A DNA stretch of 64,000 bases from Candidatus Haiyanarchaeum thermophilum. Its GTDB lineage: Archaea > Nanobdellota > Nanobdellia > JAPDLS01 > Haiyanarchaeaceae. A model generated the notes under the pieces. That model did no database searches. It had not been told where the DNA came from and saw nothing but the letters and a program-made list of their open reading frames with translations. Position numbers and translations under genes: made by a program. Where the stretch lies: contig JAPDLS010000001.1 in the NCBI GenBank assembly GCA_025920425.1, positions 1,754-65,753 on the forward strand, in the 5' to 3' direction. This document shows, in pieces, positions 1-13,800 of this stretch; position 1 is the stretch's first letter, and each line of letters begins with the position of its first letter.

Positions 1-3000
1 AGGGGAAGTAAGTGTTAGATAACTTGTGAAGCATCTGGACCGAGAGTGTACTCTCGTTCAACACCTCTTCTGTACAATCGCTTGTAAGATTGAATTTAAT
101 TGTGAGATTATCCCCTCTTAGCAGCACTCTTGAGGAAGATGTGAGGAAGTAGATGGTAATATTTCCTAGGAGGTTTAGAGTGTGGGGAGAGGTGAGGTTT
201 ACATTTAAGTAGCAGTTATCAGCAACTCCAGCAACCCATTCCAATGTGCCAACTGAGTATTGGCACCCCGGAATCCAACTGAAGCTCGAGAAACCTGAGG
301 CATTGGTGAGATTGTAGAAACCATTTAGCTCTCCAGTCCTATTTCTGATCCAGAAAGTAGTCATAACACCCATAGGATAGCTCCAGTTCTCTTCATCGAA
401 TACCCTTACAACGAGGTTTGCCTGTTCAAAATTCCTAATCACAGGGGTAAGATCTGGAGGTGAAACGAACTCAATAGTTACATTACTTCTCTGGAGACTT
501 GGGGATCTAATTGGAGTTGTATTGAAGCTCTGAACACCATCATCTATCTCCCACATGAAGTAATTACTTTCTCCCATATCAGAGCAAGTGAATCCAGCAT
601 AGATTACTTCACATCTGCCAATGGTTGGATAGCCAGGAGTTCCAAGAATGTAAGAACTTCCAGCCTTCATCCATGTGTTTCCCCCATCCTTACTTATCCA
701 GAGAGTGCAATTTATATCGTCTCCTTCTTCATCACGTACTTCTATAGTATAATTGAATACTCTACTCCATCCCACTATTTGATTGCTTAGATTTCTCCAC
801 TCTCCTTCAGTATGGTTGAAAATCCAAATAGTTTCATTTTCTGCTATTGGCGCTCTATTTTCTAGCCAGAACCAGTTGAGATAGAAGGTGGAGTTATCAT
901 CATAATAGCCTCTACTACTTCTGAGCCAAACAGTGTAGTTGCCTTCAGGCTTTCCTATTGAGCTCCAAGTACAATTGTACCATCCAGTACCTTCATTGTA
1001 GACTGGTGAACATTCATATTGTTGAGAAGAGGAGTTGTGAATTAAGGTAACTGAATAGGAAGAAGCATCTGGGATGAGACCTTCATCTATGCAATCTGTA
1101 GAAATGTTGAAGCGGACTATGATGTTCTGAGTTACATTGAAAGTGCTTCCTTGTGGAGGAGATTCTAAGTTATTCTTGAGCTGCCCTATCACTAAGAGGC
1201 TCCATATAGTTGACTCAACATCCTTATAGCAAGCATTTCCAGAGACACTTACTTTCCAGAATTGAGTTCCTACTCCATAATTGCAATCTGGGTCAAAGTA
1301 GTATGTGGAGAAACCTGAAGCATTCGTGAAGCTGTAGTGGCCTCCATCGAAGTTAGAACCATCGTAGGTGAAGAAGAAGTAAAGGCTTACTCCTTCTCCT
1401 ACATAAGAAGCTCTATCAACATCATAGACCCTCACAGTAAATGGAGTAAATACAGTACCTTCCCTCCTAGCCTGAGCTCCTGCACCTGCGATCACCTCAA
1501 TTGTAATATCATCCTTTTCTAGAGTGAGGCTGCCCACAGAGCTTTCGGTGGAGAAGCCATGTTCATCTGTTGCAATGAACTTGAAATATACTGAGCCAGA
1601 CAGGTAATCATTACATTCAAAGGTGTGGTTGAAACTCACATCGCTCCAAGTAGTGCTTGAGATGATCGTAGATGTTACATATTTCCATGGTCCTCCAGGA
1701 GAATTAGCAACCAACAGGCTCAGGTTATTGGTATCGCCTTCCACATCTCTGAAGCTCACAGTGAAGGTGAAATTCCTTCCCCAACCTTCCCTACTTGGGT
1801 TAACTCTAGGATTTTGGAGTTCAGGTTTAGCCCCTAGGAAGAAAGCATCCTCTAGGAGGAAGTATGTACTCTCATAATATGGTTTTGATACATTCATACT
1901 AATATTGTACCATCCTAGGGAGAATCCGGTTGAGTCCCAGCTTGTTGTGTATGTACCATTTAACAGATCAATAGCCGGGTCTGGATAGGGCGTATATGAG
2001 GCTGCTCCCTGTATTACTCTAAACCTTACCGTGGCTCCAGTTATGTTACTACAATCATCACTTACATTCCCTAGAATCTCAATAACTTGATCTCTCCAGT
2101 AATAGGCATGCTGAGGTGAGAGTACATTTGCTACCAAGCTCGAGTTGATAAGCAATGTTAGGAGATCGGTAGAGTTAGCGCCATAGTAATAGGGAGATTC
2201 ATCCACTCCACCTTTCCACGTTTGCCAACCTACTTGATAAGCACAGTCAGGATTAAAGGAGAGATTTAAGTAGCCATAAGATGTAGTAGCAGGGATCCTT
2301 GGCCCCTCAGTAACACCATCTACAGTGATCCAAAATCCTCCAGTTAACCCACTGAGCGGATTTCCATATACATCTCTTACCCTTAAAGAGAGAAGCGTGG
2401 CATTGTTTCCTACCCTACTCACACTACTCTGATTTCCACTCACATATTCTATTACTACAGGCATCTTCGTCACGGTGAGAGATTGAATAGGTGTTTGGGA
2501 GACTCCTCCAAAGCTATCAGTAGCATTGAAGAACCACTCCCATTCTCCTATTTCTGAGGGCCCATACACACGGCTGAAACTAAGAGTGGTATGAATACAA
2601 TCGTCGCAACTTCCAGAATCTATTAAAGTCCAACTTGAGGTATCTTTCCTTCTATGCCAGAGATATACGGTTACGTGATCGTCATCGTCCGTTACATTAA
2701 CTTTAAAGACAAATGAAGTACTCCAATAGCTTGAAGAAGGGGTTACAAGAGCTTCTGCGAGGATTGGGGGAACCTCATGGAAGAAGGCTTGAGAAAATAC
2801 CTTGCTTTCGAAGTTGTAGAGGAGGCCCGAAGAATTCATTCTTATCCAATACCAGCCTGATGGGTTATTGGATATATTCCAAGTACAATTGAATACTCCG
2901 GGAGATTCACTTCCTACTGGCTCACAAATTGAGAGGAAGGAATCATGGGCTACCTCAAATGAAACGTCTACTTCGCTTATGTTTTCACCACATTCATCCT

Positions 3001-6000
3001 GTACGAGTCCTCTAATTGTGACATTTTCATTTGACCAGAAAACGTCTCCATTGGGAGCTAGAAGCGAATTTCTTGCCCATCCCTTTATGTTCAAAGTGAA
3101 GTTTGTTGAGGAATTAACATCTTTATAACATACATCTCCAGTTACTCCAGCCTTCCAAAGCTGGGTGTTCACAGAATAGCTACAGTTTGGGGAGAAGTAG
3201 ATGGAAAGATAGCCTTCAGAATCGGTGAGATTGCTCAAGCCCTCATCAAAGTTTGCTCCATCAGTAGTGACCCAGATCCTACCTAGGACTCCTTCTCCCA
3301 CATATCTATCAGCATCTAAATCATAGATTCTTACCCTCAATAGGACAGCCTCACTTCTATTTACCCATGAGTCATTTCCTGAAGAGAATTCCACATACCT
3401 AATCTCTGCGTCAGCTTGCGAGATAGAGAAAGCAATTCCTCCTCTATCCGTAGAGTTATACTCATCACTTGCATTGAATTTGAAATAATAAGTACCTATA
3501 TCGTTGCACGTAAAGCCCCTGTACTCGAAGGCAAGCTCAGTGACCCTTCCGCAATCGTAGCATAATTGAGATGAAACATAACTCCAAGTTAAATTATCAG
3601 GACTCAACCAAAGACTTACATTAACTGTATTTGCATTTGGATCGCTCACATTTACCTTAAAGGTGAATTTCTCTCCCCATCCACCATCCTCCTCAAAAAT
3701 CACCCTCTCTCCCTCTAAGATTGGGGGCTGCCATACTTGGTATATGAAGAAAGAATACCCTTTCTTTCCTTCCCCCCTATTGTAATATTCCACATTTTCC
3801 CCAATCATCGTTACATTATACCAACCTTCTGGAGCAGTGGTTGCATTGAAAGTACAATTATATGTGCCATTTCCGAGATCTTCTACAGGGGAACAGGTGA
3901 AAGTATCTCCAAATCCTAGACTCGTGAGGTTGAAAGATATTGTAGCTCCAGTGATATAAGTGGATTCACATTCATCGATCAAGTTTCCATAAATTGGGAT
4001 GTAAAGCTCCAGTTCCCTGTAATAAATTACCCCATCCGGGAATGTGACGACAGGTTTGAGATCTCCTATGATCGTTACATTGTATATTGGGGAGGAAGTA
4101 TCTTTGTAGCAAGCATCAGCAGAAATATAGGTGTACCAGTTTCTTTCTCCCACTTCATAATTACAAGTGGGATCAAAGGAGAAGTTCACATATCCTGAGC
4201 TGTTTGGGATATTACTCCCATAGATGAGGAAGGTGCTTCCATTATGGACGCTTAACCACACTTCAGGCTTTACAGCTGCTCCTAGCAACGTATAGGCTGG
4301 AGCATTTCTATCTGCATCATGGAGATAGAGGAGGAAGGAAATCGAATTCGAACCACTTCTATTTACTGAACCCCCATTGCCTAGAATGTGGAAGAAGAGG
4401 ACATCGTCCTTAGCAAGGAGATGGAAGAGAGAGGAAGTGTTTGAGTAGGTTTCTGGCACTCCTGGTTGAGAAGCATTAAATGCGAAATATCTGAAGCTAC
4501 TAGCTTGATAATCTTCACAAGAATATTCTCTAATGAATGTAACCAAGGTATTGGTTGGATTCTCCACATAGGTGCAAGAAGTTACATTCCAATCCGAGGT
4601 AGGAGTCCTTTCTAGGAGGCATACATATACTGGAGCATAATGATTTACTACTACGCTAAAGTTATGTGGCTCTCCCCAACTCCCATCTCCAGGATAGCTT
4701 ACACTCGGATTGGAGAGTTCTACTGGAGTGATGAGGAAGAAAGCATTCTCCATCGTGGTAAAGTTTGAATTGTAGAATTCCTTCATCACTTCCAGAGAAA
4801 CATTGTACCATCCCCCTCTCTTTCCGGTAGAGTCCCAATTACAAATATATAGGTTTCCCGAAGAATTGGTGGTAAATCCTGACTCGGGACAATAATAAAT
4901 GTCATCTTCATGTTGGAGTTTGAATCTAACACTAGCATTAGCTATTGGGTTGGAGCATTCGTCATATACGAAGCCTGAAAGTAAAATAGATGTGCCGGCA
5001 GTATAATTAGCATCTCCACTAGGACTGGCTATTAAGCCCTGAAGATCTCCACGAATGGTAACTTCCAATTCTGGAGTAGTATTAGTAGCATAGCATGGAT
5101 CACTTGAATTTACCTTCCATCTCCTCACTCCAACCTCATAGTTGCAATTGGGGTTGAAGTTTAAGGAGTAGGAAGTATCCTCTATGCTTTCGAACTCCTC
5201 TACCCATGTATCCCCACTTCTTTGAATCCAGAATCCTACATTAGAAGTAGGGATAGCGGTGATATATTCTCCAGTTACCAGATCAAATATCTGGACAGAC
5301 AATTTTACAGTAGAATTAGGTTGACTATCACTTCTGTTAACTACTGAGCCATTACCTGAAAGGTGGAGGATAGAAATTGGAGATTTAGTTACGTTGAATG
5401 AGATTAGAGAAGTTTGATTGGAGAATCCAGTTACTGAAGTAGCATTGAATTTAGCTGACCAAGATCCGATATCAGAACAGGTGAAATTCTTCCAAGTAAG
5501 GAAGAGGTAATTACTGCAGAAACTACACTCAGTACTATTTTCCAGTATCCAATCCCCACTTCCGTACCTGAGCCAGAGATAAGCAGTAATTGTCTCATTA
5601 TCCTCCCCACTCACATAAACTGAGAAGTTGAAAGGTCTGAGTTCCCAACTTCCTTCCACTGGCTGCACCGACGGTTGCTCCAGTCTTGGGATACTTGCTA
5701 GGAAAAAGGCATTTTCAAGCTTCACCGAACTTTCCCAATAATATGTTTTGTTTACCTTCATGGTAACATTATACCAACCAAGCGGAGCTGTCGTGGGTAT
5801 AATGAAAGTAGTGTAATAACTTCCCCTCAATGCGTTATAGCTTGCAGGGACCTCTATCACATAATCTGAATGTTGAAGCTGGAATATGGGTGTGGCATCA
5901 GTAATAGTATTTCCGCAATCATCTCTTACAGTACCTTCTAGAGCAACTTCCATACCATGAGTGTAATTGGTAGAACCATTTGGTAAGATGATAGTGGGAA

Positions 6001-9000
6001 AGAGATCTCCATATAAGAGGAATGAAACTGAAGAGGTGGAAGCTCCTTTATAATAAGTAGCCTCTAACACACCTCCTCTCCAGTAATTCGGCCCAAGGTA
6101 GAAATGGCTCTGACACCATCTATCTGAGGTATTTCTCATTTCTATCTTCGCTAGACCATTTTCATCTATCGCAGGATCTGGATAGAACCTTTGGAAGGTT
6201 TCAGCACTTCCATACTTTGAGATCTCTACATAGTTCTGACCAAATACTAAGAGGCTGGCCCAGCTCTCATTATCCAAATCGTAGATCGAGAGGGTAAAGT
6301 TGAAGGGCTTGCTCCTATTTACTATTTCATTAGGAAGTGGAGCTAATAAAGTGACTTCTACATCGTCCCTCTCCACATTGTAGACATAGCCAAGGAGCTC
6401 AGAAGTTCCATCCTCATTACTAGCATTGAACTTAAACTCCCAACTTCCAATGTCAGTTGGTTGATAGTCATAACTAAAGTCCACCTCACTCCAGTCAGCA
6501 CAAGAGCTACATATCTTGCTTCCGATCAACTGGTACTCCGCAGCTCCTACAGGCCTATGCCAAGCATATACTATTACATCTCTTCCGAATCTGTCCCTCA
6601 CCAAGACACTGAAGTTAAACTTCTCTCCCCATCCAGCTGTGGAACCTGGAGGCGCTCTTACTCCATTTATCCAGAGCGTGGCATTCGTGAGGAGTGGAGA
6701 ATAAGTATAGATCTTGGTTTTGATGAATAGGGGCTGTTGTTCTATGAATACCTTACCAGTTTGCCAAGTGTATGCAAGCTTTTCCAAGCTAATATTCCCA
6801 TTAGATCCATATGTGGCATCTACGTAAACTTGCAGTAATAAACTCCTGTTAGCTTTTCTGTATCTCCAACACTCCTCTTCATAGATTGTATAGTTGCTCC
6901 AGCCCTCGTTGCTCTCGGCTCCTAAGCCATAATTCTGCCATGCTAAACTGCTGCGATTTTCATCATCGGTAAAGCTAAGGGAAGCCTGACCAATAGTTAC
7001 ATTTTGACCATACCAATCATATCTCAAGAAGAAATCAACCTCCTTGAGCCGTTCGTAGCGTGCGTTCTCCGGTTTGCTGAAGGCATATTCAACTAGTCTG
7101 GAGGAATTATTTCCAGAACAGTAAAGCTGCACGTCCTCAATAAATGTGGTATAATTCGTAGTATCCTTGATTCCTTGCACTGTTAGAATGTGGGCTCCAA
7201 GCACAGAGCAGTTCAGGGTGAAGTGAAGATAGGTGCTATTTTTGGCCTGTAAGTCAGAAAGTGACCAGATTATCTTTCTAGATGTTTGATTCCATACCCC
7301 ATTTTCATATACCTGAACTACCTCACACCCTGGAGGTATGAACATGCTTATATTCCAGCCTGACGCCAAAGTATCTCCTATATTAGTTATGTGGAGGCCG
7401 TAGTTATACTCTTTATTGAGCTGAGCGCTCCTAGGCTCAGGCCAGGGATAATCTTCCTGCTGAATGACTTCCAGATCGAACTGTAGATGACTCTCGTTAG
7501 TGTAGTTAAAGGTGGAAATGGTATGATTTTCACTTTCCTCTAGGAGCTTATTATCAAAATTTACCTCATATTTAACTCCTCCAGCTTGAGCAAGGCCTGG
7601 AGGAGATTTGATCTGATATACTAGGATAGCATATTGATTAGGTGCAATTTTTCCAAGTTCCCAAGTTATGATGTTCTCCTCAAGATCTACTGAAGAAGAA
7701 CCTGAGATATTTCCTAGGATCATTGGATTAGCTGGAGTCCACCCTATTGGCACAAACTCCTTTACTAGAGTACTCCCATTAGTAGTTCCGCATCCTTTAT
7801 TGTGGATCACGAGCCTAGATTTGAAGACCAAATTACTGGCTACTACGCTTGGGGTCTCCCTAATCACCTCTAGGATTGGAAGGGAGCTCCCTTCCTCTAT
7901 TGTGAATGAAGCATTTTTGGACTTCGTCACCCCTAGTGGATACATGTATTGCACAGTAGCATTTATGGCTACAGTCTCGCTTTGAGCATTACTAGAAGTG
8001 AGGTCAAATCTTACCAGATATTTCCCAGGAGTGGAAGCTTCTATCAGCTGATAAGAGGGAGTATAGCTCCACCCAGTTGGTACGATGAGAGAAATATTGT
8101 ATTGTATGCTCTCATTGAATGGATGATAGACTATTACATAATATGGTTCAGTGGTGGAATTGCACATCCATCTGCTACCTGAGCTTTCAACCACTACATC
8201 TTGGAGGAGTAAAGTCTCAGTCCTCTCAGAAGATGATGGGCCACATTCCACATAAGTCTTGAGAACATAAAAGCCATATTCCCAGCCTATAGTACTTATC
8301 CCTGTGAAATTAAAGAAAGCAATAGAGTCCCCAGCCAAGCTTATGGGTTGGGATGAAGAATAGAAGATAGCCCCGCTAGTATTGGTGATATTTAGCCACA
8401 AAGTCCCTGAGCAGGGAGCTTCATAGGAGTTGGCTATCCTCACACTTACATTAAATTCCTCCTCACTGCCCTCTAATCCAGAGAGAATTGCCTCATTTAC
8501 TTTAACTAAGATATCTTGAATTTTGATAGCTTCAGTATAGTAAGCTTGCAGTTCAGCCCAGCTCAAGTTAAATCCATTATCGCCTACATTAGCTATTCTT
8601 ACCTTACATCTCCCATTTTCATCTGCATTTAGCTGATTTTGAAGCATTAGGATGGAGAGATTTTGTTCTCCTGTGAGATTGATCTTGAGGCTGTGGAGGA
8701 TATCTAGCCAGTTAGTCCCATTGTAGCTCCATACTCGGAGTACAATTTCATAGGGTGAAGCTGTTACGTTACCTATAGTGAGAGTTAAGTTTGCTATTCT
8801 ATAATCTCCAGCTTCACATTCCCAGTTCAATACCTTTTCCTCATTTTCATTTATTATGAAGGGCAACTGCTCGAGGGGAGGAGAAGGTTGCTTTAATTTA
8901 TACACAGTAAAGTTATCGGAGGAGGCCACATCACTTCCAGCATTACTTGAATTGACAACTATCGTTACATTAATTTCTCCATATGTAGTAGGAGTAATAT

Positions 9001-10870
9001 GCCACCATACCGGCTTGTATTCACCCACAGCTATTATTCCTAAGGATTTAGTTACCTCATCTACATACCAACCTTCTGGAAGGATGATGGTAGCATTTAC
9101 ATCCTGAGCATTTCCAACCCAACTGGTTAGAGTAGCATTTATGGTAAAGTTCCTATACTGAAATGTTTCCTTTGGAGCATAGATCTTATATATTTCTACC
9201 TGAGGCTGGCATCCAAGCAATTGAATAGTTATAGTATAATTCTCAGAGACTACTGGCTTATAATTTGGTTCAGTTGGAAGTATCTCAGCAGCCCATAGTT
9301 GGTCACCTTCGTACCATCCCTCACAATTGGTTATGTTGAAATAGAAGCTAGCATAACCCTCCTCATTGGTGTAGTTCTCACCTATTACTTTGAAGCCTTC
9401 TGGATAATTGGGATTGTAGAGCTTGAAAGTCACACGTGCTGAGGGATTAGTTACATTATAAGTGCCTCTATCCAAATCGTAAATTCTTACTATTAGCCAT
9501 TGAGGCTGAACATCCTTAATTACCACTGTATTGTTTCCTGCTACATAACTCATGTTCACATCATCTTTTTCCACAACTACTGAGAGGACCTGAGAAGTTT
9601 CAGCCCTTCCATCCATCTTGAACTGATAATACCACACCCCCTGCTCACTGGCTGTGAAATTCCTAAGCCAATATTTGAGCTCCTGAATGCAGTTAAAGCA
9701 TTCCGTTGGAGTTTGGTTTACACATGTGGGAGACTCACACTTAAATACTGGAGGCCATGCAGTATGCATATAGAGGCTGACATTCCAAGAGTTTTCAACA
9801 TCTCCAGAAGTGGCTATTACTGAGAAATTCCAGTTTGGATATCCCCATCCTTCCACAGTAGGAAAGGCAGCAGGATTTTCAAGCTTCAAGCGGGGGTGTA
9901 AGTAAAATAGTCCAGGAACTCCAATTTTAGAAGTGCTATTCTCATAGTAATAAGGAGCAATGGCTCTCATAGTTGAATTATACCATCCCATTGGAGTGAA
10001 AATGCTGGTTGACCATTCACATGTATAGGCATTTGCTCCTACCCTCGAGACTGGAGTGCATTCAAAGCTAGTAGTTGTATGGTTGGCGAAGAAGGCAACT
10101 GTTGCTGTAAGAGGATCCCCGCAATCATCAGTAGTAGCTCCTAGGAAGAATATGTCATCTTCCTGAGTATAGTTGGTGAGTCCATCTGGTCTTTGAAAAT
10201 CTAGAAGAATATCACCTGTGACGAGGAGAGTCAAGTAATATTGGCCTTCAGTAGATACATCGTAATAGCATTCACTTCCAGAGACTACAGCTTTCCATCT
10301 TTGATAGCCCACGCCATACTTTGGAACACAGCCTGCTTGAAAGGAGTAGTAGGCAAAACCGGAAGCATCTGTAAGGTTGGTGGTGCCAGTATCGTAGATA
10401 TTTCCATCTATCGTTACGAAGAAGGTGACAGGTAAATTATGAATGAAGGTACCGTTAGCATCCCTTACTCTCACTCCTAGTAAAGTAGTAGTTCTACCTC
10501 TCCTAGTTTCAGTATCATTTCCAATTACTTCTTCGAAGAAGATGGTATCTTTAGTTATGGTAAAGGTAGCAGTAGTGGAATTTGTAGTACCTGCATTATT
10601 CGTGGCATTGAACTTCACGAAGACGATAGGACTTATGTCCTCACAGCTTGGGTCAAATTCGAAGGAAAAGTTCAGCCATTCTCCTATGCTTTGGCCTGGA
10701 GCAGGGTAAACTTGGCACTCTCCTACAGGCTTCCAAGGGCCACTACCAGTCTTGCTAAACCACGAACAGACATAAACATCACTCTCACTATTGCTCACCC
10801 TCACACTTATATTGAAAGTGAAATTGAATCCCCAACTTCCTGTTGAGGTACCAGTCTCGTGAGAAACTAT
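1..10870 (-). repeat. Protein-level repeat array: nine copies of a ~314-338 aa unit (two, then a ~1,070-aa spacing containing non-repeat sequence, then seven tandem)
   Basis: Recurrent motifs GxWGxxFxFxV..D, CxxC, FTCxDxG..FKFNA, GN...V.R, FxPxCxYxVG..W, DxC, GWYN. Anchor spacings are 987, 3216, 984, 969, 999, 954, 942 and 1014 nt. Confidence 0.85.
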
Positions 10871-13800
10871 GGTAACATTTTCCATCTCTATTACGGCTGG
10901 GGGGAGTGAGACAAGGACTTCGGTGCAGTTAATTACTTCTGTAGAATTCTCAGTAGCATTAGCTCTAATACAAATAGTATAGGTACCTGCTACGTTAGCT
11001 ATTACCTCCCATTTAGCTTCAGCGCTTCCCTCGAGTGGAATATTTCCCAGATAATTTATGTCACTATTCATTCCGCTAGCATTCCTGAGCTGCAAGCTTC
11101 CTGGACCTGTGTAGTTGATTATTGCAATCACATCAGAGGCCGTGCCTGGTCCAAAATTACTTAAGATTGAACTTACATTGAAGGACTGGCCAACTAGAGG
11201 AGAAGGAGGAGAGATGAGAGGCGCACTCACCACTAAGCTTGCTCCACAAGCAACAAAGATGGTATAATTTCGATCATAAAAAATGAAGGTCCCATTCAAA
11301 TGTCTAGCAAAGAAAGTAAACGTTCCATTAGTTTGGTATGGGACTGAAATAAGATAGGAAAAATTCTGGGAAGAGGCTTTTCCAGTAACATCAAAGTTTA
11401 CTCCACTCCAAGAGACCAATTGATTATCGTAATAGCTTGGCTGGGGCTGGAAATTACTGAATTGAAGATCTCCAGGATGAGTTACAGAGACATTGAACTT
11501 ATTCTCAGTTATGTTAAAATTACTCGCAGGTAAATTACCTTTATTGAAAACCTCTAACTTTGCTGTAAAGTTTCCACAACCAAATGTAGTTGGAAAACCT
11601 CTCTGTTCATCTGCTTGAGTTATATTGTAATATCTTATTGTCTTCAGCCAGGGCCCAAGCAATTCGATTGCAAGCTTATCTGTGTGATAATGATAGGTTT
11701 TAGTGTAGCTACCATACCCTAAAAAAGTGAGTGCTATTGGTTTACCTCCAGGAACGAAGTCTTTATAAGAAACATTTCCTGAGGAGAGAGTAAATGAGTA
11801 GGTTACACTCCCCTCAGCAGCTAGTGTTACTGTCCATCCTCCTGCATGCCATACAGATCTTCTTACTATGTAACCCTCATCTAGAGAGCCGAAAGGATAA
11901 CCTGGAGCCAGTGTAATATTGAAGTTTGAAACGTTGAAGCCTGGAGGAAAATAAGCTTGCCAATCAGCATTTCTAGACACATTATTGTCATGATTTTTAA
12001 TGGTTAATGCCACTCCAATAGAGGAGTCAGGCAAGATGTTCGTTACATTTAAATAAGGATGTGCTGTGCCAGCTTCTGCATCAGCTCTTGGTACTGTAGG
12101 AACATCTACACTTTCCTCGAGGGATATAACCTTACCACTTCCAGGATCTAGCCATGTGACTAAAGTGGTAACAGTCTCCACGCCTGCATCATTACTACCT
12201 CGGTAAATCACCTGTAATTTTTGACATTTTCCAGTGGGTAGGGCAACATCCCACCAGCTAGTTTGACTTCCATTAAGATTGGCAGGAGGAGTAGTCTGGT
12301 ATACAGCAGAATGCAACGTCATCAGTACTGAGACATTTACAGTTACGTTAAAATCTCCATAATTACATACAGTTATAGCAACAGGAAATTCGCTCCCAGC
12401 TGGAGGAGCAGCATCCTCAACTCCAATCATTATTGGCATTGCCCTGTAGAGTACTATAGGTAAAGGTTGCGATTCAATTCCATAGAATGTAAATTTCTTC
12501 TCGTAAATTTTCGTGTCTCCATTTGAGTTATGAATTGACACCTTTGCTATATAGGTGCGGGCAGCATCTACTTGGTCCGGTACTATAATATGCCACTTAG
12601 TTATGTTTGTCTGCCATTCACCTGGGTTCTGGGAAGCACCAATAAAAACGTTCTGCGAGGGTCCCTCTATTATGAACCAATCATATTTATTGCCCAACTC
12701 ATCAAATATCTCCAAAGTCAAATTTGCTGTGAGCGCTGTGGTTAAATTATAATTAGCCAGTGGTACTACTACAGTAAGTAATGATCCAGCAACTGCCTTG
12801 TCTTTTTCATGAGTAAATACTTTTATATCTCTAGCTAAGTCGATATTAGAACAATTAATAACCCTTACTACATGAATATGGGTTCCTTTATAACCTGCTG
12901 CTGGTGCCTGAGCTATGTACATTCTCAACTTAGCTATCCCTGAAGCTTCAGGACTCAAGCTCAATTTCCATTTATCCCAGTAGCATCTATCGTCTGTATT
13001 CAACGCACAAGTAGTGATACTAGCATTACCTCCAACTTCTCCTCCAATATTCCTTGCATTAACATCCCCTCCCCAAAGACCAAAGCCTTTGTAGTAGCCA
13101 GTATTGGGGATAGTAGTATAGCTACCATCCCCCTCTGGCATAACTTGTAAGTATAGGGTAAGGGTGTCGGGATCTTCATCAGCAGCAGTTTCTAGAGCAG
13201 TGTAATGAATTGTATAATTGTGGCCGGCGCAGAGGACCATGGGATCAATTGGGATATAACTGATAGAAGTGTCGTTATAGTAGAAATACCAAGTGTACAT
13301 CATCCAGAAAGCGTCAGCTACTATAATGCTATAGTATCTCCCCTCCCAAAAGGTTAGATTACCAGAGTTTATTAGGATTTCACCCAAATGGTAAATTCTA
13401 GGAACGAACATCGGTGTCTGAAAAGTGTAGCTCAAATTTACAGCCTTACTGGTTAAATTCCAAGTTATGGTCAAATTTTCCTGAGTTCTCCGAATTATTC
13501 CCCCGCCAGCATCAAGAACTATGAAATCTGGTGGAAGAACTTCGGTAACAGTGAAAGTTTCATCCTCCACATAGGAGTTGATTTCCAATTTTGCAGTCAC
13601 TTCCTCTCCTGCTTCAGGAAGGAGCGGAATATCTCTACTTATTTCAAATTCAACAAATTCTCTTGCCTCAAAGCTTGTATTATATTCAGCTATCATCTCA
13701 TCAGTTATGGCAATAGCATTCACGAAGTATTTCCCTACTTCTTCCACTAAATAGTAGGCGAAGAATGTACCGTCTGATTTTCTCTTTACGCTCTCAGGTG

